NCBI GenBank assembly: GCA_038065795.1
Contig: JBBTQG010000003.1
Coordinates: 1 to 33,993, forward strand
Direction: 5' to 3'
Source of the DNA: Patescibacteria group bacterium
GTDB lineage: Bacteria; Patescibacteriota; Minisyncoccia; UBA6257; HR35
Length of the DNA: 33,993 nt
Position 1 is the first letter of the stretch; each line of letters starts with the position of its first letter. Both the position numbers and the translations under genes were made by a program. The notes below the pieces were generated by a model. The model was given only the letters and a program-made list of their open reading frames with translations. It ran no database searches and was not told the origin of the DNA. This document shows positions 33,897 to 33,993 of the stretch, piece by piece.

Positions 33897-33936
33897 CCAC
33901 ACAAAATTCCCATTTTAAAATGGGAATTTTGTGTGG
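33897..33936. repeat. Perfect 40-bp palindrome
   Basis: CCACACAAAATTCCCATTTT|AAAATGGGAATTTTGTGTGG. Confidence 0.92.
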
Positions 33937-33993
33937 TGCCTTTTGGTTAAAATCCGAACTTTTTTTGACGAAAATCCTGATTGCGAATTTTGA

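Noticed and set aside
33937-33993. Possible recombinase C-terminal remnant (KIRTFFDENP) at the window end
   Set aside because: Too short and too close to the window edge to support a call.

Overview
This is a low-GC bacterial chromosomal segment. Gene content and the C1:G72 tRNA-Tyr suggest Patescibacteria/CPR, probably Parcubacteria-like (inference); the standard genetic code is used. Housekeeping genes are rpe, rpiB, a FemAB-family ligase, a DegT aminotransferase, a MurF-like ligase, recG, pgk, comM, rnpB, rpsL-rpsG-fusA, a pilin-like trio, rnj, rnhA, clpP, gyrB and dprA. There are also six intact tRNAs and four small toxin-antitoxin pairs. The most striking pattern is nested tRNA replacement. 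At the Thr and Ser loci, an older tRNA gene is split, and a small GIY-YIG nuclease gene plus a different tRNA for the same amino acid lie inside it. At the Ser locus that second tRNA is itself interrupted in its anticodon loop by a third, intact tRNA-Ser(CGA), which is bounded by CCCCGTTAGAAAA inverted repeats. The same inverted repeat brackets tRNA-Leu(CAG) and an in-frame insert in the DegT gene. Several families of short palindromic elements sit in frame inside pgk, rnhA and recG, and have riddled an unannotated DUF296 pseudogene. A TA cassette integrated into rnhA carries a recoded copy of that gene's 3' end. All calls were made by eye, with no database searches.
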